A stretch of DNA of 64,000 nt from Welwitschia mirabilis (lineage: Eukaryota), in NCBI GenBank assembly GCA_051453625.1, contig JBOZIK010000001.1:45846160-45910159 (forward strand), read 5' to 3'. The first letter of the stretch is position 1. Each line of letters opens with the position of its first letter. A model generated the notes under the pieces. That model had not been told where the DNA came from and did not search any database. It saw nothing but the letters and a program-made list of their open reading frames with translations. Shown piece after piece: positions 11,940 through 26,310 of the stretch. The translations under genes were made by a program, and so were the position numbers.

Positions 11940-13700
11940 AAATAAGAGATAAGTATCTTTAAAGAATGCATAATTTAAATCCTTTGGAAGAGTTTTAAGT
12001 TAAATAGTAAGGATACTCTCTCTACTAGAAGGTTATTTCTGTGATACATGTGGTAAAGATTCAATACTATCCATTCTGATGGTTCATGTTTTTACTTCTT
12101 TATGGTTGGAAGTGCTAATTTTTCATGGGGTTCACATAATGAATGATCATCTATGGAAGACAAAAAATTCATTTTCAATTCAATTAGTTCAATATTTTTT
12201 ATTTCATCCATGTAGTATTTCCTTATGACATTAAAAACTTATAACTTTATATTTATATTGGTAAATAAAATAATCTCTACCTCATTCCTAAAGTAGATTA
12301 AATAGTTGAAAGTAGTAGTGAAAGATTTATCTTTCATTTCTATTACATTAAAATCTAATAGATAGTAACATTTATGAATTTGGACTAAAACTTATTCTAT
12401 TATTCATTTAAAATTTTTGTTGAAGGTTCACTAAGTTGAAATTTATTCTCATTTTCTTAGTCCTTCCAAACTTAGTTTTTTACATAATAAATATGACATA
12501 AGGTTTATACTAGCTTTCAAATATACTAGTACTTTATCTTTTTTTTTTATTATGAATAACACATGAAATAGATAGAGAATTAAAATCTCTAAACTTAAGT
12601 GGAAGTTTATTCTCAACTATGAGCTTATTTGTTGATCTAAGAAAGAATCATCTTTTTCCATTGAGAACATATTTTTAAGGAATTTTATATATGAAGGAAT
12701 TTGTTTAAGGGTATATAATAGGGAAATATTAATTTTCACTTTTTTAAAGGTATTAGGGTATCTTATTAAAGATGTTTCTTTCTCATCAATGTAAAAATTT
12801 TTGAAAATGGAGATTTCTTATAGTTCTCATGCCCATGTCTTTTCATATTGTTCTCATTCTTATTTTTAGCCTCCCATGTAGTTGTGATTTAGCCTTAGTA
12901 TTTATTGTAAAAGGATATTCATTTGGTGCTTAAACATTTTCATTCATTTAGATATCACTTTCAAGTGATATAACATTAATACCTCTAGTTTCTTCTTATT
13001 TTTAAACTATGCTAACTACTCTGGGATTAGTTATAAGTTGATTTAGAAGATTATCTTTTGTCTTTACTTAAAGTTAATAAGTGAGAAACAGTTTGAGAAT
13101 TTTAGTTCATTCCTTTTTCTAGATATTAAATAGTTTGTGTCATTTGATTATGGATTTTAGCTTGCTTATTATTGCTAACTATTTGAGCTTCTATAAATTC
13201 TCTTAGAATGTCCCCAGTGAATTATTTTGAGATTGCTTAGATCTTTATGAAATAGATGGCTCATTTTATTAAGATGTTTAAGTGCAAATCTAGTGATCCT
13301 TCTACTTCATATTATGTGACTCTTCAAAAGGAAATGAGTAGTATTGTTAATTTTATGTGAAAGAGGGGCTTATAGATTATACACTATTTAATTACTCCAC
13401 TAGCCTTATACACTTTAGACATTTAAGTTGTTCTAAGCATTTGGCTATGGTAACTAGTTTCTACTTATATTAGCTTATTCATCTAATTTTGTATAGAACT
13501 CATCCTATAACATTGTTATATGGTTGATGTTATTTAGCTCTATCTGTAGCTCTAGATGGGTTTCCATAAATTTTATAATTTTCATCTATATTTTATAATG
13601 TATTTCAATCTTCCTTTGATAATTTAGATGTAAAATTTCCTCCCCTTATTATTTTCATTAGTTGCATACTTTGTGATGTCAAGTATGCTAAAAATTTTTA
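11940..13700 (-). pseudogene. Degenerate Athila-like gag-protease region
   Basis: Minus-strand TFKKVKINISLLYTLKQIPSYIKFLKNM (~12670-12750) matches the Athila gag/PR junction. LKTLPKDLNYAF (~11960-12000) matches the ELKPLPxHLKYAFL linker. Confidence 0.7.
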
Positions 13701-14299
13701 GTCATATTCTAATCATCAAAATCATTATCTTGATATTGAAATGTCAAATGAATGTTTGGATAGCTAAGTAAAGATTAACTAAATTACCATAAAAAATATT
13801 AAAATGATTATTTGTAGTCATTCTAGTAATCTGTCAAAGTTAGATCTATCTAAAAAGAGAATTTGATTATAAAGTTCTAATATTATTACCAAATTTTAAT
13901 CTAATTAGTTAAAGTTGCAGTCTAATTATTAGAGTTCTAATTTGATTATTGTTAGTTGCAATAGACTTAGGAAAGTGAAAAAAATCTTAGATTTCCTACC
14001 ACTTAATATTTAGTTAAGAATTAAGTGATGTTACCACATTATAAATAGATCATTTTTTTGTTGGGGACCTTTTGAGGTTTTTTAAAAATGGAAACTTAGA
14101 AGGATGGAGCTCCTAAAATAGTTTAAGTCACTTGGAATAGAGGATGTTAATCATTTGTAGTAGCTAGAATAGGGCCTGGAGGTATGAATGCTATGGAGTA
14201 AGAGGTTAATATTGTAGAAAAGGGAAATTATGGGTTGGATTAATATGTGGTACATAATAGATAAAACAAGAAAATTAACCAAGGGTGCATCTTATATTT

Positions 14300-16200
14300 T
14301 TTAAAACAACTCTACCTTTTTAAATACCAGATTGTATGTAATTGAATAATACTTTTAGAAGATATTTATTATTTTAAGATTTCAAGTCAGTTTTTTCATC
14401 CATAGATTATAAGGTGTGACATGCCCTTTAAAGGATTTGCATATGAGTAAGCCTTACTACTGGGTCTATTTTTAACCTCTAGAATATGTCTATATTACAA
14501 CATGTCTTTATTCTATGTTATTTTATCTATTTATTTAGAGATGAGGGTTTGATTGCTAGTAGTGGAAGGCTTGTGTTCTCACCAATATTTAATATTAGAT
14601 TACCCCTAGATATCTAATATAGCAGTTAGTTATTATACCCAATTACTAGGTAAAGGCACTAGTCTAAATAGCAAAAAAGTTGAGGAGGTTTTGTGCAATT
14701 TATCCCTAAAGTCAGATATTGGTAAGTCCTATGTTAGAGTTATCTATGATACATGGATGCAGTTTTGAAGTATTTTGAATTCTTAAATCACTGGCTATGA
14801 AAAGCTTCATAATTGCTATAAAGGTTTTAAATTTTCACTTCTTATTAATAAAGCTAGAGAAGGATACATTCAAGCAAGAAATGATCCGAGGCATGGAGAC
14901 CCTATGTCTTCATTTTAATTTATTTTTGTAATGGAAGTTTTTGGTTAATTTCTCAAGAATTTTAATTATTTTGGCCTCTTTCAAGGATTTACTTTGGCTT
15001 TTGATGCATTCCTAATTTAGGGATGACACCTTTTTATTTTTTAATAAGGCATGACGGAGACATAGGATAAGGCTTATAATGTTTAGATTTTTTCCATGAC
15101 TCATGGACTCCAAACTAATATTGCATAAAGTAAAGCATACAATTTTGTTATACCACCAGAAGTTTTTAATGACATTTATGAGAAGCTAAATGATAAGAAG
15201 TCCACTTTCCTACTGACTATCTGGGCATTTTCATTTTCTTTGGCCATTTAAAAAATAGCTATAGGAGGATGTTCTAGGTAAGATCTTTAAAAGGCTTATA
15301 GGATGGAAATGAAAACTACTCTCTTAAGTTAAAGGGTGTGGCTTCTAAAATCAATTCTGCATGTACTCCCTATCTATGTGTTCTCAGGTTACTAGGCTCC
15401 AATCTTTATTATTAACTACTTGGGAACTTTAAAGAGATTTTTTATGTGATCACACCTTAAAGATCATACTCTTCATTATATTAAGTGGTGAACGTTTTAT
15501 TAATTTCCTAAGGTTGAACATTATGATATTTATCTAATCAACAATGTGAATTTTGTCCTCTAAGGTAAAATTTATATGGCAATTATACATTAGGTAAAGA
15601 CTAGTGGTTCATTTTCTATAAGCTAAACATCTCCATGATAACTGTCAATTTTATAACTCTTTATTTAATTATTCCTGTAAGTCCCATATGAAAAAGTTTT
15701 GGGAAGGAATTAAAGAACGATTTGGTAAGCATATTTGTATCTTGGAAGGCAATATATAATGGGATAATTCTAATTACCATAGTTTAAAGTAACAAAATTT
15801 CATATTATATCATGAAGTCTCAAATAATACTAAATCATTAAGATGGAAGTGGCCCTTGCTATGATAACATTAAGTTTTTCTTTTTTCTCTTTTATTAAGT
15901 GTTTATATCATAGGTTGCCAGTGAGATCCTATATGAAGCATTATGGTATACTCAATGATGATATTTATGCATGTTGTGATAAAGAGGAAGAAACTATTGA
16001 TCATTGTTTACTCCAATGTGATTCCATTCATAAATTTTGGAGTACTTTTAGGAAATTTCTAGATTTATGATTAACACTTATAGTCTCTCATTAATCTTCT
16101 TTGATTTTGACTATCTACATGTGAAATATTAGAAAAAAATGTATTAAAGAATTCTTGTTAAGAATTTTATATCATTATTGAAATGCATGCAACTCCTTTT
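14300..16200 (+). mobile_element. Degenerate plant L1 LINE ORF2 (RT plus C-terminal zf-RVT)
   Basis: DIGKSYVRV (~14715, DxxKAYDRV), RHGDPMSSF*FIFVMEV (~14888, RQGDPLSP), F.DDT (~15020), FPTDYLGI, KRLIGWK, LKSILHVLPIY, and ORF 15843 HRLPV...CCDKEEETIDHCLLQC...FW. Confidence 0.8.
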
Positions 16201-17299
16201 AATTTACAAGTAAGATTATACATCCTAGTTTCTTGATCTCTCATAACTTGCAAATTGAACATTAGTAGTAATGAAAAATTAAAACTTCCAATAGTATGAA
16301 AAAGGTAACTTATTTCTCCATATGGGTCTTAGAGCCTTACTAATGTTAATGTTAGGTTTTCTTTTTTTCTACCCCTTTGTTTTATTATCTATCTTGAAAT
16401 CTATTTCCTCTTATTAGTTAGTATTAAATCTTTTAATGATGTACTAAAAGCACCATTTTGTATCTTGTTATCTAAATTATCTAATTGTGCATGAGTTAGG
16501 ATCTTAGGTAGGGGAGGAAGTAAGAAATAAAGACATAAGAACAAGAACAGGAAAAAAAAAAAAATTTGTTGTGTCATCCTTCCTATAGAAAAAATAAAGA
16601 AAAGAAATTCTATTTTTAGTTATATATTTATAAATATCACATTTCATACCCTGAAGAAGAAGAAAATTTCACCATATTAAATTGAAGCTAGCAAGTTTTT
16701 TCCATCTATCGCTAATCACAAATTGTAAGATATTTTTATCTATTTTAAAAATCACTTTTTTCCATTTCAAACATTATTTCTTTTATAAAAAGTAATAAAA
16801 TAAAAATATGTAAGATGTTTCTTTCTTTTGAAAAAGATTTTGTTTCTTTCTTCAAAGATGCTTCTTATTTCTTTTAGAAATTTAATTTTTTTCTAAAAAA
16901 GAAAATTCCTTTTGAAGACCATCTTTTTAAAAAATATCATTACAAAAAAATCAAGTCCTTTTTTACTTCAGTGATAAAAATGCTTCTAAGGGTTTATTAT
17001 TCTTTAAAGAAATCAATTTTTTTTTTCTAAGTAGAATATAAGTTACTAGTACTTATCACAAGTATTCTATTTAATTTCTAGCTAAAACTATTATTTTATG
17101 TTTTTAAAAATTATATAAATAATATAACAATGTAAAGTTTTTCTTTCAATAGTTTTAAAGCACACCTAGTGGGACTCACTCCTATTTTCATATTCTCATT
17201 ATTAGTTAATTTTTAAAAAAAAAACTTTTGAAAAGAATGATGATGATAAGAAGTGTGATTATATTGAAAAAAGGACATTAAGAGTTAATAAAAATAAAT

Positions 17300-18400
17300 C
17301 ATTAGTGAAGAAGATAAAAATAAAATCCACTATTATGAATAAATTTGGAGGTCATTGCTTTTATTAAATAATGAATAAAAGTATAAAGCCATAAGAAATG
17401 CTAGAGGAATAGTTGCTTCAGATAATGTTAGCTACACATATGATTTATGTAAAAATGACATAACAAATAGTAGCAATAATGAAGAAAATTTATATAAAAA
17501 GTAGATTCCAATATGTCAATATTTCAAAGATCTTTTGTGAAAATAGCCTAAAGTTTTCAATAAGGTTATCCAAGATTCAAAAATTTCAGCAAATATGAAT
17601 AATAACAATAAAAATAAATAATATAGGGTAGGCGCAAGTTATTACGTAAATCTTGAAAAAACAAAAGAAAAGGTCATCACTTTAGTTAAACTTCTTGAAA
17701 TGGTTTAATCATTAAAACAAGCCATTACATAAGTTATGCAAAAACTATTGATACTTACTACATCCATTAGTTTTATCTAGGAAGTTAACACCTATAAAAG
17801 CTTTTAAGTTTTAAAAAATGTAAAAGTATATAAGAGTTAAAAATATATGTTAGAAGTTTCAAACATATATATAGCTTACATAGAATTGATTCCAATACTA
17901 TATGCCACCTTTTTTATAATTCTTTATGTAAATACATAATCGAATGATATGAGAGGCTTCTCACTAATTTAGTAAGAAGACTGAAAGAGATATTTGAAAT
18001 CTTTTCAAAAGAATATACTATTAACTTCTCATATCATATATATTTAAAAGGTTTGATTAATTTAAAATAGAAGTTACATGAAAACCTAATGTGTTATCAG
18101 AAAAATTAAAAATAATAGCCTTATAACTCAAATATACTAGTTTAGAGAGGTATGTGACTAGTAGTGCTATTAAATCCTACATTCTAGTTATTTGTAAAAC
18201 ATAAATGTTAGAACTAACTATTCTAGAGGGAAGGGATGAATATGATAGCTATGGATGATTTTCACTATTTGATTGCCTAATAATAATTAGAACACTCTAA
18301 ATTACTAAAACTAAAAATAAAATTTTATTACATCTAGGTAAACCTCATAGATTTGTTAGTTGATTCAAGTAATATAAAGTACATTAGTACTAATATTTCT
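17300..18400 (+). pseudogene. Possible hAT-family transposase relic
   Basis: Fragmentary motifs only: IVASDNVS (~17410), LVKLLEMV*SLKQAI (~17680), and an FSLFD...KNK...KL.DL segment (~18260-18360) resembling the hAT dimerisation region. Confidence 0.3.
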
Positions 18401-18704
18401 AGATTATAATAAGTATGTTGAATAGTCGTGTAGCCTAAAACCATCCTTCAAATAATATCCTCCTATTTTTGATGATCACATAAATAATTCATATAGAGTT
18501 TTTCTTATGATATGTCATTTGCATATGAAAAATTTATTGCCACAACACTCCAACAAAATATGATGCTTACTCTATCCTACTTATAATTAGAAAAGCCAAC
18601 ATACTTAATCCTATGACTGAACATTAACCATATTTTGGTTTAAACTGATGAGATTTCATTTGTACTTTGTTGCTTAGATTTTTTTTTAATTTGTAATAGT
18701 ATAG

Positions 18705-19954
18705 TGTTGTAATGCCAATTTTTAGGAATTTGATAGTGTATTTTGAGTGCTTTTATAGGACATTTATATAGGTTTGGATGTAATACTGATGATTATGGAG
18801 AACTGACAAGATGATCCTTAAAACATGTAATTCTTAGCATATTTGGAGGCTTCTAAAGCTTATTCTAATAATACATACTTTGGAAGAAAGATTCACCATG
18901 TAAAAGATTAATTCCTTGTTGAGATTGGAGATGAAGAAGCATGCTGTCCCCTCTATCGTCTCCATGATAGGCAAGATGATAGTACTGCTGATGTGGATAG
19001 AAGCTGAAGGGTTGACAGTGGGGCCTAAAGCTGATAAAGTACCTTTTAACATAGAGTGACATCCCCTCTGTCGTTCTTATAAAAGTTAGAACAAAAACTA
19101 TTTTTCTATGGTTAGAAAGATTAATCTTTATAATGGGATCATGTGACTCATTTGGGCTGTTAGGGTTTTTTTTCTTACTTCTAGGTTGAGCTTCTAAAAC
19201 TTCAATGTAAAACTAAAAATACCATTCCTCTCCTTTACTTTTATTTCCATCTTTTATACTCGATATGCTTGTGATGCAAAAGTAAAAAATAAGAGATCCA
19301 TACAGTAGCTGTAGAGAGGAGTTCTCTTGGTGTTAGGCTAAGTCTCTTCCATTGAGATGCTACTACTTTGTTGTAACTTGATGTAAAGTTCTATAAATCA
19401 ATAAAATTACTCTTTTTATTATAATTCTATTTATGTTCCTTATGATTTAAGTTGGGTATAGTTTAAGTAACGATTATATAATTTATTTAGATCATAAGAC
19501 AACCTTTGTCAAGGTTGACTTTGATTAGTTTAGATTTGCATTATTATTCCATTTTTGTTCCATAATGCATTCCATATTCTATTTGGTATATCTCATAGTT
19601 TACATTGATTAGGAATAAGTAAAGTACTCTTCTTAATTGGTTTGAATTATAGAGAAGCTAGTTCTTGTGACATGAGAATTAGGATCCAATAGAATCCATT
19701 TCACTTCCATTTGCATTTTATCTTCATTTACATTGCATTGCATTTTACTTTATTATTTACTTTTAGTTATTTAAAGATAAAAATACTAAAAATAATTTTG
19801 AAAATCAATTCTCTAACTCTGAGCCTAGTGCCTTCATTGGGAGTATTACATTCAGGTGATCTCCTGTCTATACTAGCTTGTATTTTTCTACAAATGATTT
19901 AATTTAGAAGTTTACCTAAATGACTTAAGGATTACATAAATTCACACTGCAATA
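18705..19954 (+). repeat. 5' LTR of an Athila-like element (family B)
   Basis: TGTTGTA...TGCAATA termini, Athila U5 motif at ~19830-19880, followed by a tRNA-Asp-type PBS. Confidence 0.7.
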
Positions 19955-19957
19955 TTT

Positions 19958-19973
19958 TGGTGCCGTTGTTGAG
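19958..19973 (+). other. PBS (tRNA-Asp type), truncated by a nested insertion
   Basis: TGGTGCCGTTGTTGAG versus canonical Athila TGGCGCCGTTGCCGGG(GA); all differences are C>T or G>A. Confidence 0.8.
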
Positions 19974-21091
19974 TGTTGTACCATCAACTTACATGTATTT
20001 GATAGGATATTCTAAGTTGTTTTGTAGGTAAATCGGCAAATAAATTCTTGGTTTTCATGATAATGGAGAACCAGGATGAAAAGGATGAAAATATGCAATT
20101 TTTTAAATAAATTACAAGCATTCTCTGCAAATATGAATAAACAGTATTTTGGATGATAATTTTCTGCAAACACAAAGGGTACTAGACCAATTGAAGATCC
20201 ATAGAAGACCATCATCCAATTCGTCATCTGGATGTCATAGCGGATGACTAACCTACAGGATTATGATAGGTCTGTCGGGTAGTCAAACTGATAGTAGATA
20301 AAGATTTAACTGTAAGTTGGCATCATCTCTAATATTATCCAGATGACTAAGTGGGCGGTACTAATTATAACGTCTACACTGAATGTTCACCTAAACTTTT
20401 GCCACTTATTTTAATTTCTTTTTGCATTGTGGTTGGGTTTTTTTTGCACGTTTTTAGTAGTTTTATTTCATATTTTGAGTCAATAAATAGAGGTCTCCCC
20501 CTTGACTCCTAGTATCTTTAATGCACTAGAGATTCTCATGATAGGAAAGAAAAGGGCGAGAGATCCATCCTTTCGAGTTACAGAAAGATGAGCACTTGGT
20601 AGAGGGCTGAGTATCTTCTATTGAGACCCAGCTATTTTGTAACCCTAATGATTGTTACTTTTTAATATAAAATTCTGGTTTTCTATTTATGTTCATATTT
20701 TTTTTCATGTTAGATTTCTTATATCCCTTATAGTCTAATATTGCCTTAGATCTAGTGATAATTTCTAAGGTGATATAGATTATTAATGGTAACTTTTGTT
20801 AGGGCTGAAGAGCAAAGTAAGGTTAGGATTTATTTGCATTGCATGTTAGTCTAGAATGCATATTGCACTTTGCATGATAGTTTAATTTCCTACTTTGTTA
20901 TTCATTATTTCTAGTTACAAAGATTACTTGAAAAAGAAACCTAAGTTTTCTTATGGATAAACTTCAATGAGATATGACATTTGGGTTACTCCCACTATTC
21001 TAGTGTATTGTATTATGCATAAATATCTATTTTAATTACAATGATAAAATCTATTTGCATGTTAAGGCATGAATAAATACACACTACAACA
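19974..21091 (+). repeat. 5' LTR (family A)
   Basis: Perfect terminal inverted repeats TGTTGTA...TACAACA, homologous to 1722-2827, followed by a PBS. Confidence 0.85.
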
Positions 21092-21094
21092 AAT

Positions 21095-21112
21095 TGGCAT
21101 TGTTGTTGGGGA
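21095..21112 (+). other. PBS (tRNA-Asp type)
   Basis: TGGCATTGTTGTTGGGGA versus TGGCGCCGTTGCCGGGGA; only C>T/G>A differences. Confidence 0.8.
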
Positions 21113-22002
21113 AGGCTATCAAGGAGTACAAAGATTATCATTATTCAGATAAGTATTCCAGATACTTGTCTATTCAGCATTGTATTTTATTACATCTATA
21201 GGTTTTCTGTGTGTGCTGTGTTTTAGTTTGATTTTTTGGATTTTNNNNNNNNNNNNNNNNNNNNNNNNNNNNNNNNNNNNNNNNNNNNNNNNNNNNNNNN
21301 NNNNNNNNNNNNNNNNNNNNNNNNNNNNNNNNNNNNNNNNNNNNAGTCATCCACTCTGTCGTCCACATGACAGTAGGGATAACAGTTGTGTATTTTAATT
21401 TTTATTTTATTTTGGATTTTTTATTTTTTTACAATAAATTGGGTTCTGTAATCTTGTTTTAATGTTTAGACGATAAACCAGATGATAGTTTGTATTTTTT
21501 GTTTTCCTTTTTTTTTGTTTGCATTTTAGTTTTGTTTCTATTTTTTCTGTTTTTTTTTTCTTTATGTCATCTCTTTTGTCGTTCACATGACATACAGGAC
21601 AATGTTTTATTATTTTCTAATCTATTTTTTATTATCTTTTATTTGTAGGATTTTGTGATATGATAAATCTAGAGAAGAAATATCTCAGGGAAAAGAAGTT
21701 GATAGAATAGAACCTTAAAGAAGGACTAGCACTCTTAGAAAAAGAATAATAAAANNNNNNNNNNNNNNNNNNNNNNNNNNNNNNNNNNNNNNNNNNNNNN
21801 NNNNNNNNNNNNNNNNNNNNNNNNNNNNNNNNNNNNNNNNNNNNNNNNNNNNNNNNNNNNNNNNNNNNNNNNNNNNNNNNNNNNNNNNNNNNNNNNNNNN
21901 NNNNNNNNNNNNNNNNNNNNNNNNNNNNNNNNNNNNNNNNNNNNNNNNNNNNNNNNNNNNNNNNNNNNNNNNNNNNNNNNNNNNNNNNNNNNNNNNNNNN
22001 NN

Positions 22003-23687
22003 TACATGCTTACCCAACTTTTAGTGGAGAAGAGGATGAGGATCCCATTTAACATAGTGAAGATATTGAACAACTTATCCTCACCTTAGGAAATTGGAAG
22101 AAAAGAATAATAGATAGAATATATATGGTGATCTTTTCCATCACTTTAAAAGGTAGGGCAAAATTATGGCTAAAAATGTTACCTTACAAAAGCCTTAAAA
22201 AATGGGATCAAGTCTGGAAGACCTTTATAAAAAGATTCATGAGCGAAGAAACTAAAAGAAAAAGAAAGAGGGGGGTAATAAATTTTCAACAAAATCCAAA
22301 TGAAGACTATGCCTCCACATATAAGCATCTCTTCGAAGCAATTCACTGTAATATAGTAGATGCTTTTTTAAAAGTAGAACAACTAAAATACTCTTATAGT
22401 GGATTAACTCCCCACACAAAACAACTTGTAGAGTTTTCTTGTGGAGGAAACCTTTTGAACCTTACCTTAGATGAAGCCTAAACNNNNNNNNNNNNNNNNN
22501 NNNNNNNNNNNNNNNNNNNNNNNNNNNNNNNNNNNNNNNNNNNNNNNNNNNNNNNNNNNNNNNNNNNNNNNNNNNNNNNNNNNTCTTGTGGAGGAAACCT
22601 TTTGAACCTTCCCTTAGATGAAGCCTAAACAAAATTAGAAGAAATTGTGGAGGTTAGTAAAACTTGGTCATCACCAAAATAAAATCAAACGGTAGGCCAA
22701 CTTATCAAAGGATTAAAACAAGTGAAGCAAAACGAGGTAGACAAAAACCCTTCAAATCCTATAAGTGAACTTACAAAAACCTTGAAGAAATACATAGAAA
22801 TAATTCTAAATGCTAAAAATGCCATTGAGAGAAATGTTGTGCAATCATGTGATTTATGTGAGGACAACTATCATGTTATTAAAAATTATCCTCTTTTACC
22901 AAATTACAAAGAGAGAATCTGAGAGGAAGTTTTTAATTTTAATCAACCATCTCAAAACTTATAAAACTAAAACCAATCACACCATAGGTTGAACCCTCAT
23001 TTCCAAAATAATCATCAATGTTTTTGAAACCAAAACACATATTATCAATTAAGTTCATCCAACTTTTAACATATAAATGATCATCTTGTAAATTCTATAG
23101 ATGAAATGAGAAAAACACAAGAGGAAACAAATGCTAAAATAGATAACTTGGTGAGTGTTCTTCAACAAACTTTATTGGCAAACTATGGACCTCAAGGAAC
23201 TTTAGCCATACAACCTTTACCAACCTAAATGAATTAAGAAAAGATTGCAATGTTATGATATGAAGTGGCCAAGAAATGAACCCTCCTCCATGTGAACCAT
23301 CTACCTCCTACAATAATGAAGAGGAAGAGGAAGATGATGTTGAGATTTTAGATGATTACCACTTCCTTCCCCTTGGCAAGAAGAAAAAGAAAAATCCAAC
23401 TACCTCATGGCTTATTAGGCCTAACAACAACTCAACTTTTAATGATCATTTAAAAGCCTTGATGAAAAATGTAAGCATAAGTCTTCCTTTTTAGAAACAA
23501 AACTATGAAAAGACTTAATTATAAGAAAACAAAAACGAGTCATTCCTAGTAAGGTCTTTCTTGACTAATCCCTTATGAATCTAGTATGGCAAAAATCACC
23601 AAAATTTAAAGATTCAGGAGTAGCAACGGTGAATGTTACAGTAGAGGGAAACAAAAAAAAAAAAAAAAAGGAAAAGCATTAATTGAG
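22003..23687 (+). pseudogene. gag: Athila-like gag and start of aspartic protease
   Basis: LPNFSGEEDEDPI*H; ORF 22125 FSITLKGRAKLWLKMLP..SLKKWDQVWKTFIKRF (retrotransposon gag); CDLCEDNYH; NVSISLPFLE; PKFKDSG...KALI just before the N gap. Confidence 0.85.
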
Positions 23688-23787
23688 NNNNNNNNNNNNN
23701 NNNNNNNNNNNNNNNNNNNNNNNNNNNNNNNNNNNNNNNNNNNNNNNNNNNNNNNNNNNNNNNNNNNNNNNNNNNNNNNNNNNNNNN

Positions 23788-26059
23788 AAATGATTGTGGA
23801 TTTGTAAAAATAAAAAGTTAATAATAAGATGTAACAAGATCACAAGTTACAATAGGAAATAAATCACTTCAATTAATATTGTTAAAGCATAACCTATATA
23901 ATTAATATTTCATTTTCATATTCCCTCCTCTGAAAGATAAATCAACTTTTACTATGATCTAGTTTATTACCTATTTAACATAAAATAGTATGAAGTAAGA
24001 AACACGAATCATTATAGTCCCTAGTATGAATGAGACAAGACAAAGATAAAGGTAGAAAGAACACCAAGGTGTAAGATAGATTAAGATAAGATAAGAAAAA
24101 AGACTCCACGTAATCAAGCATTAGATTTTCATGAGAATGGAGATGAGATTAACTAGTTTTATCATATAATTTACCACTAAATCATTTGAGAATCTTTGAT
24201 TTTTATTTGTCCACTACCTCATTTGGTAATCTATTAATCATTATTACCATTATCTCATTTGGCAATATGTGGTTTTATTTTTTTTAACCACTACTTCATT
24301 CAACGATCTATGGGTTATCATTTCGACTGCATAATTCAGTGATTTGTGGCTTTATATTTCTACTACTTCATTTGTTAATCTATATATTATCAATCCCATT
24401 GCCTCATTTGGTAATTTATGGGTTTCCATATTTCTCTACCTCATTTAGTGATTTGTGGAACTCTCATTTCTATAACAAGATTTAGAGTTTCAAACAGATG
24501 TCATGAAAGTCAAAGATTTACTTACATAGGCTTACTTTTCAAGCATCAAGATTTTTCATAAGAAACAAGATTCATACAGGAATAATATTTGAACATATAG
24601 AAGATACTCACAAAAATAAGAAATACGTTTTAGAAATTTACAAGAATTCAAGAAAACATAAGATTTTAATAAGTAAATAATAATTTATTTATATCATGAA
24701 AGAATGCAAGAATATAGGATCATATAAATCATAATGGTGTCATACTTAAAATGAAAGTAATAATAGAATTATATAAAAGATACAAGAAAATCATAAGAAT
24801 CATATGAGATATACAAGAAATATAAACCATATAAGGTTCAAGAAATACATAAGACCATATAAGAGATAAATATAATTTTAAGATAATATCCATAATTTTA
24901 TGTAAAGTTTTTTAAGCTTTAATAACGCACTCGAAAGTTTCTAAATCTTCAAGGTAGAAGCTCTCCAATATTTCAAGACTAAAGGCTCTTTAAAAGAACA
25001 AGACTAAGGAGAAAAAAGATCCTATTTATAATGTTATGAAGGAATTTAAAAGACATTAGGAATTTTAAGGGATACATAAAAGCCACTATTATTCTTTGGA
25101 AAATAGTTATAATTCCCTAACCCCCAATCATTACTTTGCCTAGTCAATGGGTACATTTATTATTTCACAAAAATAATAGTAAATGCTTAACTTGCTAAAA
25201 ATATTTTTCCAATAGCTCTTAAAAAGATTCCTCCATCATAAATACATAGGTTACATAATCCAACAAGTTCTTAGCAGTTTTCAAAATAAGTACATAGAAG
25301 ATAAAGCCTACGTACATTACATGTCACTATTTTTCCAAAGAAAAGATAAACAATCATTGGTATTTACTAATATAGTCCATCCAAAGAAAACTGCCAAAAT
25401 TCTAAAAACATACCACTACTTGTAATTTATTAAGAAAAAGAATCAAGATAAAACATTTAGTAAGTATTTTTAACATATATATCAAGATAAGATTTCACCA
25501 CACAGAAATATTTATCATAATGAATACATGCTAATTACTAATTAAGAAAAATGCAGCATATACTTAGGTTTTGATTTAGGATGGAATAATAAAATAGAAT
25601 ATTTAAAATAAACATAATGCATCTTATTAATTATAGTTATTACAAGAATCTTTGGTATGAATTAAAACAAAAAAATATACTAATCATTATACATTAAATA
25701 CAATAGCTACAAAAGAAATTAAAATGATATTTATATAACCACTAATTTAATCACTAAAATAATATTATCAAATAAATAAAAAAATATTACAAAAAGAATA
25801 TTATTAATTATAATAGTTCCATAATGAGAAAACATTTAAAATAATAACTATAGCACAAGAAGTTTTCACAAAGTAAAGAATTACATCTCAAATAATAATA
25901 ATATACTAATAAATAAAGAATAAATAAAGAATATAGTAATTAAATCAATTTAGTAGGTCCTAGTAGATAAAAATCAAATTTTGCCCTCATATAAAATCAA
26001 AATTTTTAGTTCAATAGACTAGTGCCCTCATATAAAATCAAATTTTGCCTAAGTATACA
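23788..26059 (-). mobile_element. Probable long LTR fragment (Ogre/Tat-like), minus strand
   Basis: Minus-strand start TGTATACTTAGGCAAAATTTG at 26059, minus-strand TATAAATAGG at ~25021-25030, internal short tandem repeats, no coding capacity. Confidence 0.4.
24174..24470. repeat. ~8 degenerate tandem copies of a ~37-bp unit (core CCACTACCTCATTTGGTAATCTATGG)
   Basis: Cores at about 24174, 24211, 24247, 24288, 24325, 24360, 24396 and 24434. Confidence 0.75.
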
Positions 26060-26310
26060 AATTCTGCTTGTCTAATTATATTTATTAAAATTGGTAATAA
26101 ACACCTTCAACAAGCCCTATTATACCTCAGATTAATCATTAATCTTTTATTCCACTATGTGTACAAGAAAATTAGCTTGGATGAACTTAAATAAACCAAC
26201 ATATAATTATAAGTAACTGAAAATCCTTTAAAGTTAGCACTTTGAATAGTAGAGATATTATAGTTTAGGTAGACAACTACTATTTCCTAGTAGACTTTAT
26301 AGTTTTAGAA

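Noticed and set aside
648-11971. Long ORFs made mostly of X residues (also 21174-22073 and 48286-48483)
   Set aside because: They are open only because they run through N gaps.
18834-19062. GC-richer minus-strand ORFs
   Set aside because: They lie inside the family-B LTR U3 and carry no recognisable protein motif.
22437-22630. 47-bp direct repeat in gag either side of a 100-N gap
   Set aside because: Near-identical sequence on both gap edges indicates an unmerged contig overlap (assembly artefact).
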